Shown: one piece after another, positions 23,975 to 37,916 of the stretch
Layout: every line of letters starts with the position of its first letter
Numbering within the stretch: the stretch's first letter is position 1
NCBI GenBank assembly: GCA_023515725.1
Contig: JALDTO010000246.1
Location: forward strand, 157,680 to 221,679
DNA: 64,000 nucleotides
Direction: 5' to 3'
From: Amoeboaphelidium protococcarum X5
Lineage: Eukaryota; Fungi; Aphelidiomycota
Translations under genes and position numbers: made by a program
The notes under the pieces: generated by a model
What the model saw: the letters and a program-made list of their open reading frames with translations, nothing else
Told to the model about the DNA's origin: nothing
The model's database searches: none

Positions 23975-25957
23975 TCAGGAAGATTCACTCGGTAGATGAT
24001 CATTGCGAAGTTGATTAATATAGTCAAGCAAATGTAGCTCCCAGTTACGATTCTACTAAAAGACAACACGGAAGCACCTGGCTATAGCACAAGCATCATC
24101 CTTTTCATATAGTTTAAACGGCACCTCAACCTCAGTGTCATTCATATCCACTCCAACTTGGAACTCAATCTGAAGCTAGCCTCGATCTTTTGAATCGGCG
24201 ACTAATAGATTGGTGATGGCAATAAATGAGTTCATAAAGTTCCTACGACCACCCTCTCCATTTAGTTATGTTTTAGCTACAGAAAGATCATCTCGCGATT
24301 AAAGCTATTCAGTAAGATCTGCCTATTTTAATTTCGGAGACACTGACTGATCGGTACATTCACCATCCTCGACCTCCTTTATTTACTTGACGCGATTCTC
24401 AGATACGGCAAGACGCTGCAAATCATTTATCAAACCACCAGGAGCAGATACCACCTAACTTGATGATGGTTCAAACTCGGAAGCAACAGCGCTTAACACG
24501 CTTTTACGTCGAGGCTTTTGTTATTATATTGAAGCGACGGCGGAGAATGGATTTGACCCGCTATCACTTTAACCATTCTGAATGTTGGCGAATATGCTTT
24601 ATAACTCCTTCTAATGCTACTACATGCCAAAGCCATTGACAGAATTCACACCCGAAGATGTTTATGTAGACAGAGCACCAGACGGAATCTGAAATTCTAA
24701 AGCATCTGCATTTAGAGGACTCGTCACTGAATTCTTAGATGACACCATACTACCACCATTAAGCAGATATTCTCCTAATCGATCACTCTATGCAGAATCA
24801 GAGCTATAATTGATATTCGCAGTTGATTATCCAAATGACATTGCCACAGCCGCTGAGTTGTCGCCGTACGAGCTAAATACTCTTTTAGACGTGGACTTCT
24901 TTTCATTTCGCTTCTTATCTATAATAACGGCGGAGGATTATGCATCAGAATCAGTGGATACAAATATGATTCCAACTTCGTCGGATCCGCCATTATTAGA
25001 ATTATTAGCGACTGATGCCAATTTATTACTTCCTCCACTCTTGGACTTATTCTGCAAAGGCATACCCCACTCCTCATACGGATTAAAATTCTTATTAGGA
25101 AGTACTGGTAGTTCATTATCCACCAATTTCGATTCGTCCTCTTCATCACTCATCATCCTCTCAAGTACGCTGCTTCTAATGTACTTGCCATTGGCATCCA
25201 AATCACGATACTCTGGCTACTTGCCGTCTTCTTATCTCCGCATATCTTCAAACTGCCTACCAAATCCGAGTCCATCATCTTTATAATCTGAGCTGTGACG
25301 AGGATCGCGTCTATCACCAGATCGAGGCAGAGGAAGATTATCAAAGAGGCCCTTGTTCTTCAACACTGTCGGCGATGGTATTTTAAAATCTTGATCATGG
25401 ACGTAATTAGTATTAATCTTTGTGGACTGAGTTCCCCATGATGAGCCGAGTGCCTGATCATTGCCCAGGAGTTGGTATTTCGGCAAATGAGCTTACTAGA
25501 TCCGCTACTTGGGCGGTTGTGATTGCAACTTGTACGGTTTCTTGGCAGCATTGAGCTTGCACAAATCAGAATAAGTATTCTTTGTGACAATGTTATTGTC
25601 TGACAAGCCGGGGACATTGGTGGCACTCTTCTTCTTAGGTCCAAATGAAGGAGGCTTCGCAGGAGCTCCATAACCGCCCAGAGTGTAAGTCGATGCAGAG
25701 AGAGGCAATCCATTACGACCTTTAGGTGGGACTGATGCTACTCTGCTATAACTACCACCACCGCCACCTCCACCAAACTACTTCTTCTTCTCCCCAGCAA
25801 TAGTACCAACACCAGCCGCAACCAAGTGGGCTCTATTCATCTCTTTCATTGCTGGGTGTTCATCGCGCGTCAAATCCAGTTCATCATCTCCATCAGTGGG
25901 TGGTGCCCATCCAGGCGCATAATTCAATCTAGACACATCTTTCACGGCTCTTCTCAT
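23975..25957 (-). CDS. Hypothetical protein (~660 aa, largely low complexity, small folded C-terminal domain)
   Basis: Four ORF-track fragments share one frame that ends at TGA 23975-23977. No family recognised; start uncertain. Confidence 0.7.
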
Positions 25958-26079
25958 AATTGCTAATATAAAGAATAATTCCAAGTCCTAATGGTAACTT
26001 TCCAAAGATGACTAGATAAATCTGAGTTGAGTTGAATAAAATTCTTGTTACTCTTCAAGAAAAAAAAGGCATCACAAAA

Positions 26080-26823
26080 ATGCCCAAAAAGGGAAAGCCA
26101 TCAAAAGCTTCTGGCCCCAATGTGAAACGGCCGATCAATACGCGTCAAGTCGTGTTGACTGGGTACAAGTAGCTTATCCATTGCCTGGCTCTATAGAAGA
26201 ATGATTCTGATAGCTTGAGATTCGGTGTTTAAATGGTGATATCGAAACTGGACGCAATTTTAAACTATTTGCAGTAATTTGATGTCGTATCACAGGCTGA
26301 TGTAGGCGCAGATTTTCTTTATACTGACTCTAAAGAAATGCTATAACGCAGTCTGCTGATCAAGATTCACTCTCTATATGAGGAAACTATTCAGAATCTC
26401 ATCTCATTAGATAAATTGGTTATGGAATAGTCGCGTAAATGTTAGTAGAACCTCAAGTCCACGTCATTCTGCCTGCTATCACTCAAAGCTTGTGATATTA
26501 ACAGCTAAGAACTGTATTCTCTTTAGCATCTTTCAAACTTCCTCTCTGTTACTATGGATTTATCTGGCTCTTCGCGGCAGCTCATAATTGCTTCAAAGTT
26601 ACTTTTGGATCATTATATGAAAAGTCGTTAGGTAGATTTAGAATCTTCTGAACTCTCTGATCTCGTATCCGTATGGAATGAGCATAATTAAAGTTTTGAT
26701 GACTAAGGTACGTGGTTCTTACACAATGATCAGTATAAAATGTTAAATAATTTTATCCGTGTAGAATAGCGTGTGTAAGAGTATTTTAGTGCTTTATCGC
26801 AGCTTTGGACTAAAAATGAGTGA
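26080..26823 (+). CDS. Hypothetical protein (~247 aa, basic N-terminus, helical)
   Basis: ATG to TGA frame open only under TAR=Gln. Confidence 0.65.
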
Positions 26824-27051
26824 CATATCTGTAATTGATTTTGTAAAATATATGCCACCGTTAAGTATCTTTACGTGTCTTTTAAATAAAGTTTTCTATT
26901 ATTGCACTTAACTAAGGTCTGTGCTGTGATAAAACAGCTGAACGTCCGTGTCATAAGTACAGTAAATTTTCTTCCAACCGCGTATAGTTAGTTGGTAGAA
27001 CAATCTGCTATCATAGTTTATTTGATACGTTACTTGAGAAAACATTAAAAA

Positions 27052-27660
27052 ATGAGCAAAATAAATCAAGTGGATAATACCCAAGAGAAGGCCGGGGACA
27101 GCAGGAGTATTTTATAGTTGAGCATAAACATTTGCCATAGTGTAGCTCGTCTGGTCTAGATTGGCGCCAGTTTTTATGCCTTTTATGTCATTACCGCCTT
27201 GTAAGACAGATCTCTGCTGGTGTACACTGACAACCTACGCAATGTCATTTCTGCCGGCATGCTCTGTCTTCTGGCGCCGCTGCTTAGTATTCACTCGTGG
27301 TCAACGTTTATGCAGCATGATAGTTAGGCCAAGTTTTTGGTTAATTCTGCTAGAGATTTGGTTATTGGTTCATTTTTCGTCTACTGTCGCTCCTCCATTA
27401 AGAATTCGTACCAAGGTGTATGTTCAGGATCGCGTAATTTTAATAATGCCGGTGTAATTGGAATGTTTTAATCTTATTTGACATCAGCTATGGACTAGGC
27501 CTAGTAATTTCTTCATTCCACTGCTGGTTAAAGACGCGGCTCATTGAGTGGAGTGATGCCGTGTCAATCAATGGAGACTGTTGTAGAATTCTGCTCCTAC
27601 TTGGCCGTTCTATGGGCCATAAGCAGCATTCTTCTATTTGTTCGTTCCAGCATGAAGTGA
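27052..27660 (+). CDS. Small multi-pass membrane protein (MARVEL-like, ~202 aa)
   Basis: Open frame under TAR=Gln with about four hydrophobic segments and a Cys pair in the last loop. Confidence 0.55.
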
Positions 27661-27939
27661 AATTTGAAATAATAGATTTTCCATGTGTATACCTTTTACG
27701 AACTCTGTAGCCCATCAAGGTTCATTTTCGCTTGAATTTCTATACACATTCTTAGATTCCAGGTCGATTAGGGACGGTAACTATGAATCGAGAATGCAGC
27801 TTTTAATAGATTGAGAATCGATTTTGTGTATTGTATGTTTGGAAGTACTCATTGGCTTATCTTCCTGCTGTAAAGAATCTTGCTTTAATTTTAAACAGTA
27901 TACACTAGATTTTATTCGAGTTGATTGATTACAGGCGAG

Positions 27940-29055
27940 ATGTCATTGTTTCAAAGGCTGATGGTGTTTATTAGCGGTGGCCTTGCTATCGCTGATGTGG
28001 CGTCTGATTACAACGTTGTACTATCACTGTATAACGGTGGCAACCAGGTGTATTATCAACTGTCTCTAGGAATTATTTTGGTAGCTGCCACCATTGGCTC
28101 GGTTCAACTCTACAGAATGAGTGCCGTCACTGGGCAAAGTAGGACCGTAGCGCTCATGTGCTGCGTGTTGAATTACGTGCAGGGTTAGTGGCTATTTGCT
28201 TTCTATCACTGTCTAGGAGATGGAGATGAATGGGAATACTATTCCAAGTGGTTCGAGTCAAACACGATGATTGAGGTTACATTAGAGTCTGTGCCCATGC
28301 TTTTGTTTCAATCATACACGTTGCTTATGTTGGCCTCTGATACCACTCAAATATTGAATGGTGGCGAACTGTCGGCCCAGATGTTCTCTATTGCTACTAG
28401 CTTACTAATGGCGTCGAAAAGTCTTTTTGATCATATTAGAAATTATCCAAAGGCTTTTGGATTTGACGCCCTTTACGATGTAAAGTTTTTGCTGCTTTCA
28501 TTTTTGTTCGCCGTGTCCTCAGTGTTCAACAGAGCTATAACTATCATTGTAGCCGCGTATGCTTTCCAAGGTACGGTGTTTGCTATTTTGGGTGCTATGG
28601 CTGCCGCGAGATTTACAGTTTTTGCTTTTCAGAACTACAAATCTTTAAATAATAGAGTTGCATTGCAGAGTGGTGTCTGGATCCCATTTTATCGCGGTAT
28701 TCAGTACGTTTTTGTCGATTTTTATGGTGATTCCATATTAGCAGCTGTCAGTCTGATTGAAATTATTGTAATTAATGCAGTCGCCCTTCAGTAAGATCCT
28801 CAAGGGCGTTTCTCTGCTACTCCGCAATATTCGAAATTAATAGCACCTATTGTGATTCCGGCCACCATCATACGCGTCATAACGTAAGGGATTTTGACTT
28901 ACCGCATGAATGAAGCTGCAAAAGTGAAGGCTGTTGCAGATCGAGCTACTGAGGAAGCTAGAAAGGCCTCGATTGCGAAAGATGCTGTAGCTATTAATAT
29001 AGCTGAGAAGGATGTTGGTAAGACTGCTGAAGTGTAAACTGAAAGATAAGCGTGA
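27940..29055 (+). CDS. XK-related (Xkr) membrane protein / putative lipid scramblase, copy 1
   Basis: ADVASDY in TM1, IEVTLESVPMLLFQSY (Xkr ExxxExxP(Q)xxxQ motif), SIATSLLMASKS, multiple TM segments. Start uncertain. Confidence 0.75.
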
Positions 29056-29437
29056 ATAGTGTTTAATAGTATTTGTGTGATGCCGATAATGTTTATATTG
29101 TACGCGATGTCTATACACGAAATTTCTTTAACGGGTGTTCGTTACTGCAACAGCACCTGCTTCAAGATGGCTTTCATCAAACAATTTCTTCACTTGGTAC
29201 TTATGTTGACTCAATAAATTTAAATTATTCACGGACGATTTAAATAGTCCAGCGGCATATTGCCCGGTATTCAAATCCTTTATAATGTTCTTTTGAATGC
29301 TGTGTTGCTATGCAAAGCCTCACGGTGTAAAGCTAATAATATGTCTATAAGCTGGTTTATTCAACTTTGTATCCTCGTCGTCTATACTTAAGATAACTTG
29401 CACATAAACTATAAAATAATCTGAGTTTGTACTAATC

Positions 29438-30535
29438 ATGGGTAAGAAGTAAGAAGCTATGGATAAAGTTGCGAGACTGATGGTCTTTGTGAGTGGCGGT
29501 TTGGCCATGGCTGATGTTATCTCCGACTATAACGTTGTACTGTCTCTTCAGCGTGGTGGTAACCAAGTATACTATCAACTGTCGCTAGCAATAGTTTTAG
29601 CTGCATCAGCTATCTAGGCTGTTTAGCTTTTCAGATTGCGTCTGATTGCTAATTGCAAATTACCTATTGCCCTTGTATGTTGCGTATTGAATTTTGTTTA
29701 AGGACACTGGCTGGCGGCTTTCTATCTGGCGCTTCAAAGAGGTGACAAATGGTAAAGATACACCTAATGGTTTGACTCTACGACACTGATTGAGGTGACG
29801 CTGGAAGCTGTGCCCATGCTCCTGTTCTAATCCTACACTCTGCTGATGTTGGCGTCAGATTCAACTCAAGTGCTGACTGTTTCCGAGTTCTCCTCCCAGA
29901 TTATTTCTATTGGATTCAGTCTACTTATGGCATCAAAGACCATGTTTGATTAGATTAGAAAGTATCCGAAGGCTTTCAACTTCAGTTCTGGTGCAGATCC
30001 TAAATTCATGCTACTGGCATTGCTGTTTTCCATTTCATCGGTATTTAATAGAGCAATCACCATCATTGTTGCGGCATACGCTTTTCAGGGCACAGTCTTT
30101 CCTATTCTGGGTGCTATGGCAGGCGCTCGCTTCATCATATTTGCTCTCAGTGGTTGCTTTGTTAAAGATAGAGTCAACTCTGTTGTAAATGGATTGTGGA
30201 CACCTCTCTATCGTGGCATCTAGTATGTGTTTGTTGACTTTTATGGGGATCCATTAATAGCAGTTTTGAGTTTGGGTGAAATCATTGCTATCAACTACAT
30301 TGCTTTAACTCAAGATCCCCTCGGCCTGTTTGCCGCTATACCACAATACAGACAGTACATTTTACCAATTGTGGTGGCATCCACGTCGGTTCGTGTCGTT
30401 ACTCAAATCGTATTCTAGTACTTAATTAGACAAGCAGCTCTAGACAAAGCTGCTAGTGATCGTGAATGGGAAGAGTAGAAGAAGGCTAAGACAACAAAAG
30501 ATGATAATAGCGTTGCTGTGACTGTGGATGGGTGA
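29438..30535 (+). CDS. XK-related membrane protein, copy 2 (tandem paralog)
   Basis: ADVISDY, IEVTLEAVPMLLFQSY, and SSVFNRAITIIVAAYAFQGTVF shared with copy 1. Confidence 0.75.
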
Positions 30536-30720
30536 GGTATTCAGAACTGTTGCACCACGGAGATTTGATAAATGATGAAAAAAAGTTTATAGTCTAAACA
30601 TTTTAGAATAGAGATTGATCAACCTAAGTCGTTCTATTGCTCAATCCAAATTAACGAAACTGTAGATTCTATCATACTCACTAGATCATCAATCAATTAC
30701 ACTATGCTAATATCCGACAT

Positions 30721-31419
30721 TCAAGTTTTGGCCATTCTCAATCTTCTCAACTCCATAAGAGTACTGTCATCGTACTTTGTAGATGATCCATATGCCTTGT
30801 ATCCAAGCTTGAACCAACTGGCTAGATCAGCAATCAAAGCGCACAAATAGGCAGCAAAGGTGAAGAACTACCAAGTCATCAACCAGTTGAATCTGTCACA
30901 ATCAAAGCTAAAGCCGGCCGGACATTGATTTCCCCTGCTAGTGCCAACGCCAATGGAGTTGAGAAACACACTAAAGTAAATTAGCAATATTAACGAAGAA
31001 ATCACATCTGCCACAGTTTCGATCGTCAAAACGCGTACAGCATCGAAGCTCAACAGCTTCGAAACCAAGCCGTGCCCTTTAGTAGGACGACTTAGCCACT
31101 TTAACACATACAAAAATGCCAAACCTACAGTAGAGAAAGTCATCAACACACATAGAATAATCAAGCTCATATTGGCAGCAAGTAGTCCATTGTCCCGTAA
31201 GATTACCCTGCTGACGACACCTGAGAAACTCATCAAGAAAATTAGGCCAACAAACTGAACAAATCTCAAACTCAATCTCAACCATGTATACGACAAATGA
31301 TTGTTATTCTAGGCAGCAATGCTACTCAATGATGGCGAAGGTTGAGCAATCGATGCGCGACTTCCAGTTGTAAGAGCATTCAGCTACTCATTTGACTTTG
31401 TCTTCTTAACTCCCTTCAT
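30721..31419 (-). CDS. MARVEL-like four-TM membrane protein
   Basis: LRLSLRFVQ start of TM1, four TM helices, and C-x6-C (CPAGFSFDC) in the second extracellular loop. Confidence 0.7.
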
Positions 31420-31760
31420 TATCTTATCTAAGTTGATTTGCACGCTAAAGACTTAACAGGATAGTTTTTTTGCACAATATAAAGGTGAGAAACCGAAAAG
31501 GTAAATTAAAGTGCCCACTATAATAATCTGAAATTGTAAGCTATTTATAACCTCGGATCAGTACGGAGATGATCCGAACGAGGCGAACGCGGCTCTAAAT
31601 CAGCCAGAGTTGAAACAACAGTGACAAACGTGCCATAGTGAAGCGCCTCTTTACCAGTTTCAACCCGAAATGGCAATACTGCAGAGACTTTGAGAGATCT
31701 CTAACAAAATCCTCAGTGTGTTTACATACATTAAGCTATACTTATTAGATAGAAGACATA

Positions 31761-32339
31761 ATGCCTGGACTTTTACCCGCTCCCGAGTCGTTACTCAATG
31801 CTATATTTCTGCACACAAACAAACTGGGATTTGAAGATCGCCAGACTATACTGCGCTTCTTGGGTGGTGAGGGATCTCCATAGAGTCGTCGTCGGAGTAG
31901 ACAAGCGAGAGGCTCATAGTCGACATAACCATAGTAATAAAACAACAGGAATGTTTCCTCTCAGACTATAACCACGCTTCCAGATGGAACTTTGCGTATG
32001 GAATTGACAGCACCCTTGAATGGAGTAAATGAGGACGATGTCTCCGCGGAAGTTGAGAATAATCCAGTGGTGTAAATATTGTTGCATGAGGAGCGCAGAT
32101 AAGAAGAGAGATAGTCAGCATCCTCGAGAACTATAAACTCAGATGGCCAACTAGTTCCTGAATTCAAGACTTACACCATCCTGGATTAAATCATATTTGA
32201 GATGGATTATAGCACCGGATGTTGGAGAAAGTTGAGAAGACGCGTTCGACTGAATGATAAAAAGCTGTAACAGAACCATGCTGGACATTAGTAGTCTACT
32301 TCTATCCAAGAAGTATTTGAAGAAGCAGTATAAAGATGA
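31761..32339 (+). CDS. Stand-alone NELF-A C-terminal domain-like protein (~192 aa)
   Basis: Not in the ORF track. AIFLHTNKLGFEDRQTILRFLGG ... VVQILLHEE ... ILDQIIFEMDYSTGCWRKLRR aligns by eye with the human NELF-A C-terminus. Confidence 0.7.
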
Positions 32340-32442
32340 TTCTTAGTTGAGTACAAGTATAAAACATTTATTATTAAAAAGTTCATTCAGTAATTTAGTC
32401 AATCGCATGCATGACATCCAATAGTCGACAGTTAACCAATTA

Positions 32443-32997
32443 TCAACGCAACACAATTTCTTATAGTTCCGGATTGCAAAACCTGTAGAATATGTTTGCA
32501 TTATCCATCGAAACATTGGCAGTCAGTCTTGTAAATTATCTTCCATTATAACGAGTTTATCCATTATCCTCACTTTAGATACGCTCAGAAGTTGCGCGAC
32601 TTCCTGACACTCTTACGCGATCAGACAGAACAGATGCAAACTGATGCATAGGATCATCACTGATTATCATTTGCTCACCATCAGCGCCATAATCATCAGC
32701 ATCAACATTATGGGATCCTGGTGATCCTTCTACATCTCCATGCTGTTAAACGCTTATAAAGTCTTCTGAATAAATACTTTAAATGCGCATGCCATCACCT
32801 GTAGAATCTTCCGAGAGTATTGCATCATCTGCCATTAGATAACTGTCCGCTCCTGTTTCAATGGTGATATTGTGATCTGTTATATTTCTGCTACTCCCAC
32901 TGCTTTAAGCGCTTGTAATCATATCAAAGAGACGGTTTCTACGTGATCTTGGTGTCACACTGCTGTTATTATTATTGCTGTTAAGAGGGAACGTCAT
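32443..32997 (-). CDS. Hypothetical acidic/disordered protein (~184 aa)
   Basis: ATG to TGA frame open under TAR=Gln; no homology recognised. Confidence 0.5.
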
Positions 32998-33425
32998 TTA
33001 ATACAAAGTGGTATATCAAGTTAAAAAGGTAAGACAAGCAGCAATGGGTCTTTGTCACAACAAATGGCGATTCATGTTGTCCTCCACCTATTTAATTGGC
33101 AACAATTATGAATCATCAAGTTCCATTCGGGCGGAAGCGTCTCTGTCACGGCCATGAAATTTAACCTCTATTATCAACCATCATGTTGATGAAAATTCTA
33201 AGAATATCTGGAGCCCAAAATATTGGATAACTAAAATGGAGTTTTAAGGAGAGTTTTAAGTAATAACAACAAACAAAGTTTGGTTTCGGATGCTCTACAA
33301 TGACACACGTAAAATTTAATACATAAAAAACCTACTCCAAGATATTAATCATACATTACTTTTTTCAAACAAACAAGCATCATTAAACATAGACCTAAAG
33401 TGACAGTGTCAACTACCTTAATAGC

Positions 33426-34277
33426 TCAGTCCACCCTTCTACGACGAAGTTCAGTATTGTCACGGAATAAGTTAGGGGGTGGGACTGGCTTACCATTCTC
33501 TGGAAATGTCCAACCTTCACTTTGTAATTGTGCTCGAAGTCTTGGAGACATGCCAGAGGATGATCCAACAGGGCTGGTGCCTTGCGAAGGTCCAGTACCA
33601 GAGGATGATCCTGCAGCATTAGTGCCCACGGTTGGCGCAGGAGCGCTAGAGCCTTGAGATGACGATCCAGAGGAACCGCTATTTCCTGGAATTTGGAAAT
33701 TAGGTGGTGGTATCGGGTCACCATTTGCAGGAACCGTCCAGCCTTCTTGTCTCAATCTAGACTAAAGCGCTGAAGGAACGCCTGCAGGTGGAGGATTTTC
33801 AGGAATCCTATCAGGAATACTCATTGGTCGTAGAGAAACAACATTTCCATCTTGTCTCCGATATTTCTGATTATAACCAGGAGGAGCAGCAGTCCTGGGC
33901 CTGCGATGTACCCTATGTCTGGGAGGATGATGTGCGTGACCTTGACTACTGCCTGCACCCGAGCTACTGCCTGCACCCGAGCTACTACTGGGGCCTGGAC
34001 TACTACTGGGACCTGGACTACTACTGGGGCCTGAGCTACCACCGGGTTTACCATCAGAGGGAGGCTTTACAGGTTTGTCACCCTGAGCCTAAAGGGTACG
34101 AGTGCCGGAAGCACTAAGCGCCTTTGGTGGACTAGCAGGCGAAGGATTTTTTTATTGAGCCGCACGGGGAGGAGGAGCTTTGGCCGGTTTCGGTGCAGCA
34201 GCTTTTTCACCACCTTTAGATTGAGCGGCAGTCAGTGCCAGCAAAGCGAGCATCTTTAGTAACACTTGCAGCTTCAT
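33426..34277 (-). CDS. Secreted S/G/P-rich repeat protein, paralog A (~283 aa)
   Basis: Signal peptide MKLQVLLKMLALLALTAAQ, GPSSS repeats, and two LxxEGWTxPxNGxPxPPPN units. Confidence 0.85.
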
Positions 34278-35051
34278 TTGCTTACTATACAATAAATACA
34301 ACGGTTTAAACTATGAAATACAATAGTTCAAATTATGAACAAGATTTGTATAGTGAACAGAAAGTTCATCATCATCCTGTGTATTACAGATGCAAATAGT
34401 GTTGGGAGTCATGTGTTCTAGTCACGCGTAACTGGTGTAACTACCAAGAGTGTTGTACCAGATATGAAAGGTGCGGATGATCAATCAGGTAACATGGACT
34501 GATCTGAACAAGATTGTACAATGAATTGTGACATCTTCTATTCTGTACGAGTACACAATCGATGACTTAACCGTATACTTTTAACTCTGTAATTTACAAC
34601 AAATACCTCATTTGAAGGAAGTGAAACAACTATCTGTGTCTGCAGATCACTTATCACTATTTTGAAAGCGACGATGTAATTTATTGACATCTGGTCACCC
34701 GTAATTGGTAGTTATGCCAAAAGGTGACTGCCATGAATGAATGGCAAGGGATTGATCTAAAAGTGTGCCATGAATGAATTAAATATAGCTGGTTGCAAAG
34801 TAAAGCTCATTGCTATATCTAGTAAAAATATTATCTTAAGAGGCAGCAATATCGAGTGGAACATTAAAAGCGTTCATGAACCGAGAAATATAAAACTACT
34901 TCTTCACTTTACGTCAAGTGCAGTAGAGATCTAAAATAGTTGAATGGTAAACCAATTTCTAATTCATCTATCAGCTCAAAATCTTGCAATATTATTAAAA
35001 TCACTTTTGGCCATAGGTTAATCAATCTTGGTGTGCAGCAAGCAGGAAATA

Positions 35052-35918
35052 TCATTGCTTTGAGCGAACATGTGCTAAATAGAGCAATTCCTAAATCTAA
35101 TTATACTCTAATTATTCCGACGTCATTATAGTGTTAGAGACAATGTCAGGTTTTCCTATTGAGTGTAATATCAGATTCTTCAGAGTATAATATTGATTAT
35201 GGGCATGTTGGGCTATGTAATCATACTACTCTTTCGTCAACTTTGACGTCAAAAATTACAGAATGGGATCGCACTTAGATTAATCTGCAGCTTAGAAAAG
35301 TAACAGATTGTAATTTATACTAGGCAAACTCTAATGCTACTATAAAGCACGAAATACATCAGAGCTGCATTCACGAGCTGCCTCTTATGACCAATGAAAA
35401 TCATTCAACTGGATTTGAGGAAATTCCCCTGCAATGACAGCCAATGAAGCTGCATCGTCGTTGATAACAGCGAGTCTCGCCAGACCTTCATACTGCTGAC
35501 CAAGACGCCAACTAACTTTGGTCTTTTAAATATAGTCTCTCAAAACCAGAGGGGAGCAAGCACTATCGATAATGAACTCAGCTACTTCGTATTCTTACGG
35601 CCCATTCCACGGCTAAAATGCATTTTTAAACTCAGAATATAGCGCATGTACCCTGTACTCCACCTGTTCACCCAGATCAGGATACATCCCTTTAAACTAG
35701 TGAGCGTGTGCGTCCCAAGCGGTTTTCAACTGATGAACTTTACTGTATAATTCATCGAATGTCTAAGCAGAATTCGCAGCGAGAAATTCGCAATTGCTTC
35801 CTCCTAACCATTATTTGATATGAGCTATACTATTTTAGTCACGAGATGCTGACATGAATGGCCAATTATACGCACTAACACCGACGATGAATATTAGAAA
35901 TGCAATCAGAATACCCAT
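35052..35918 (-). CDS. Secreted orphan protein (~288 aa), possibly degenerate ankyrin/helical repeats
   Basis: Not in the ORF track. Fully open under TAR=Gln, with signal peptide MGILIAFLIFIVGVSA. Confidence 0.75.
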
Positions 35919-36236
35919 TATTGACGCGCTCACTGTCTATTTCTATTCTATGGAAATGCTTATGGGAAAAGAGACCTTTAGTAAACTAAATTTCTAGAAT
36001 CCAAGGGGCATGGATGTAACTTCATGTAAATTCACGAGTTCTGTGTGATCCAATCATATATGTTGAGTGTTTCTAGCTGAACTGGCGGCTTGGTACATGA
36101 AGTAGCAGCTACCGTAAATTAACCTTATAGTTTGTTGCGCATCAAAATAGTTTGACATAGTTGATCTTCTCATGAATGTCAAAAATAGATTAATATCGCT
36201 ACACAGAGATGATATTTCTCTATAATTCATAAGATT

Positions 36237-37916
36237 TCATTATTACTACAATAGCTCAGGATGTTCACGCATGTACCACGCGCGATAATACAGCAATACA
36301 ATCAGAGGTTGACCAACAACACAGAAGCTCAGCCAGAAGATAATATTGCCCAGATAAGTCTTTTGCTTTCTCATGCCCATCTCTGCTGCATTCATTTCAC
36401 CGTTCACTTTCAATGAATCCAGATTGTCAATACTACCTCTGGCATTGCCACCAACAGGAGATACTTAGGAATCCTGAGATGATGACTAGGAATAACCAAA
36501 ATACTACCAGAATCCTTCAACTTCAATCTACTTCACCACCTCAGTAAGCCAAATCAGAGGCACCTGCATAAACATGCCCCAAAACGCCCACATTGCACCT
36601 TTCTACTCCTTATTATAACCAAGCAGAGCATCAACACCAACCTTGAGGGGAACACCGACGAGAATCTCATGAGCAGCGGCACTGATGAAGAAGGCAATGA
36701 GATACGATGTCCACCTGGAGAATCCGCGCGCCTTCATGGGTTAATCAATATGCCTTTTTACCCAATTATAAACAGGAATATTCCACAATCTCCAATACTC
36801 CGCGATGGTGGTAGCGTTCCACCACGGACGATAAAATTATCTATCACCAAATCTCAGCAACTCTGCCCATAGATTTAGGTAAGAATGAAAGATTACGTAG
36901 AACATTAGTAACCAGATGATGATACTTGGAACACTCAGCTTGAGAATGCGTTCAAGCATAGTAAGGACAGTTCTTATACCACTTTATGGGCCTAGCTCTG
37001 ATCCACTACCGAACTTCTGGAGAATAGTGGAAGTCTTCAATTTAATTGCATTCTCCAAAATAGGCCGAGAGTATTGTTCGAATAGAACCCACATTATAGT
37101 CAGGTACACGCAACATTCCACAAATCTCTTCAAGACAAACCACCACCTAATACTGGCAGATCTAGGATAAGATGGCTGATAGCATAGAGTGGGTGCACAT
37201 GCAAAGTAGAGAACATTCATAAGTGTGAGATTATCTGGATACTGAACTTCATATTCACTCTAAACACTCTTATCATCACCAGCATCACCACGGCAAGCTA
37301 GAAATCTCAATTCAGAGTTAACAAGCACAAAACTCAGACACTTCAGCAGAGTAACCATTGCAAACGTACACGGTACATTACCAACTAGAGGAGAATCGAT
37401 GTGCAAGTATGTCAGAGTCAGCGATGCGCAAAACATAGCACTCAGATTCAGCACGTGCAGCGTCATCCAACACCAGCTCCATGATGCTGCTCGAGACTAC
37501 TAGCCAGTGTAAGAGCTCTGAAAGCGGGCGGCTGTCTACTCTATAAACAACGTGAGATAGGCGCTACCGAATACTATGGCCAATATAAAGGAACAGTACC
37601 TAACATCCCTCGCTGAAAATATCTATAGGTATGAAGACAAGCTACTAGAACCGCTCACAATAAATCCATATTTGAGATAATTCTCAATCACCAGTCTGAG
37701 ATTAGATGCCACTAGAAGAATCAGCGCCAAGTTTTAAAATCCAGTGTAATCCAAGGGGTAGTCTGCACTGAGAGGAGATGGAGCGACTTAGCTGTGTGCC
37801 ATTCTGCTATGGATCGGTACCGACTGGTCACTAGTATAATCGCCATTTGACTGCTTGGGTGCGTGCTTACCCTTTCCACTATAAGGTGTCTTTCTACGTC
37901 TGAGTGAAGTGCTCAT
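36237..37916 (-). CDS. DGAT1: Diacylglycerol O-acyltransferase 1 (MBOAT)
   Basis: [52 protein letters not shown], and catalytic SAAAHE. Confidence 0.92.

Noticed and set aside
31745-32167. Minus-strand ORFs in the ORF track
   Set aside because: They are antisense shadows of the plus-strand NELF-A-like gene, and one ends at an internal TGA.
33940-34040. CRISPR-like periodic repeats (also 38850-38893)
   Set aside because: These are coding GPSSS / KPKAPTPPA repeats with no unique spacers.
34720-34780. Direct repeat TGCCATGAATGAAT, two copies
   Set aside because: An isolated intergenic duplication with no supporting context.
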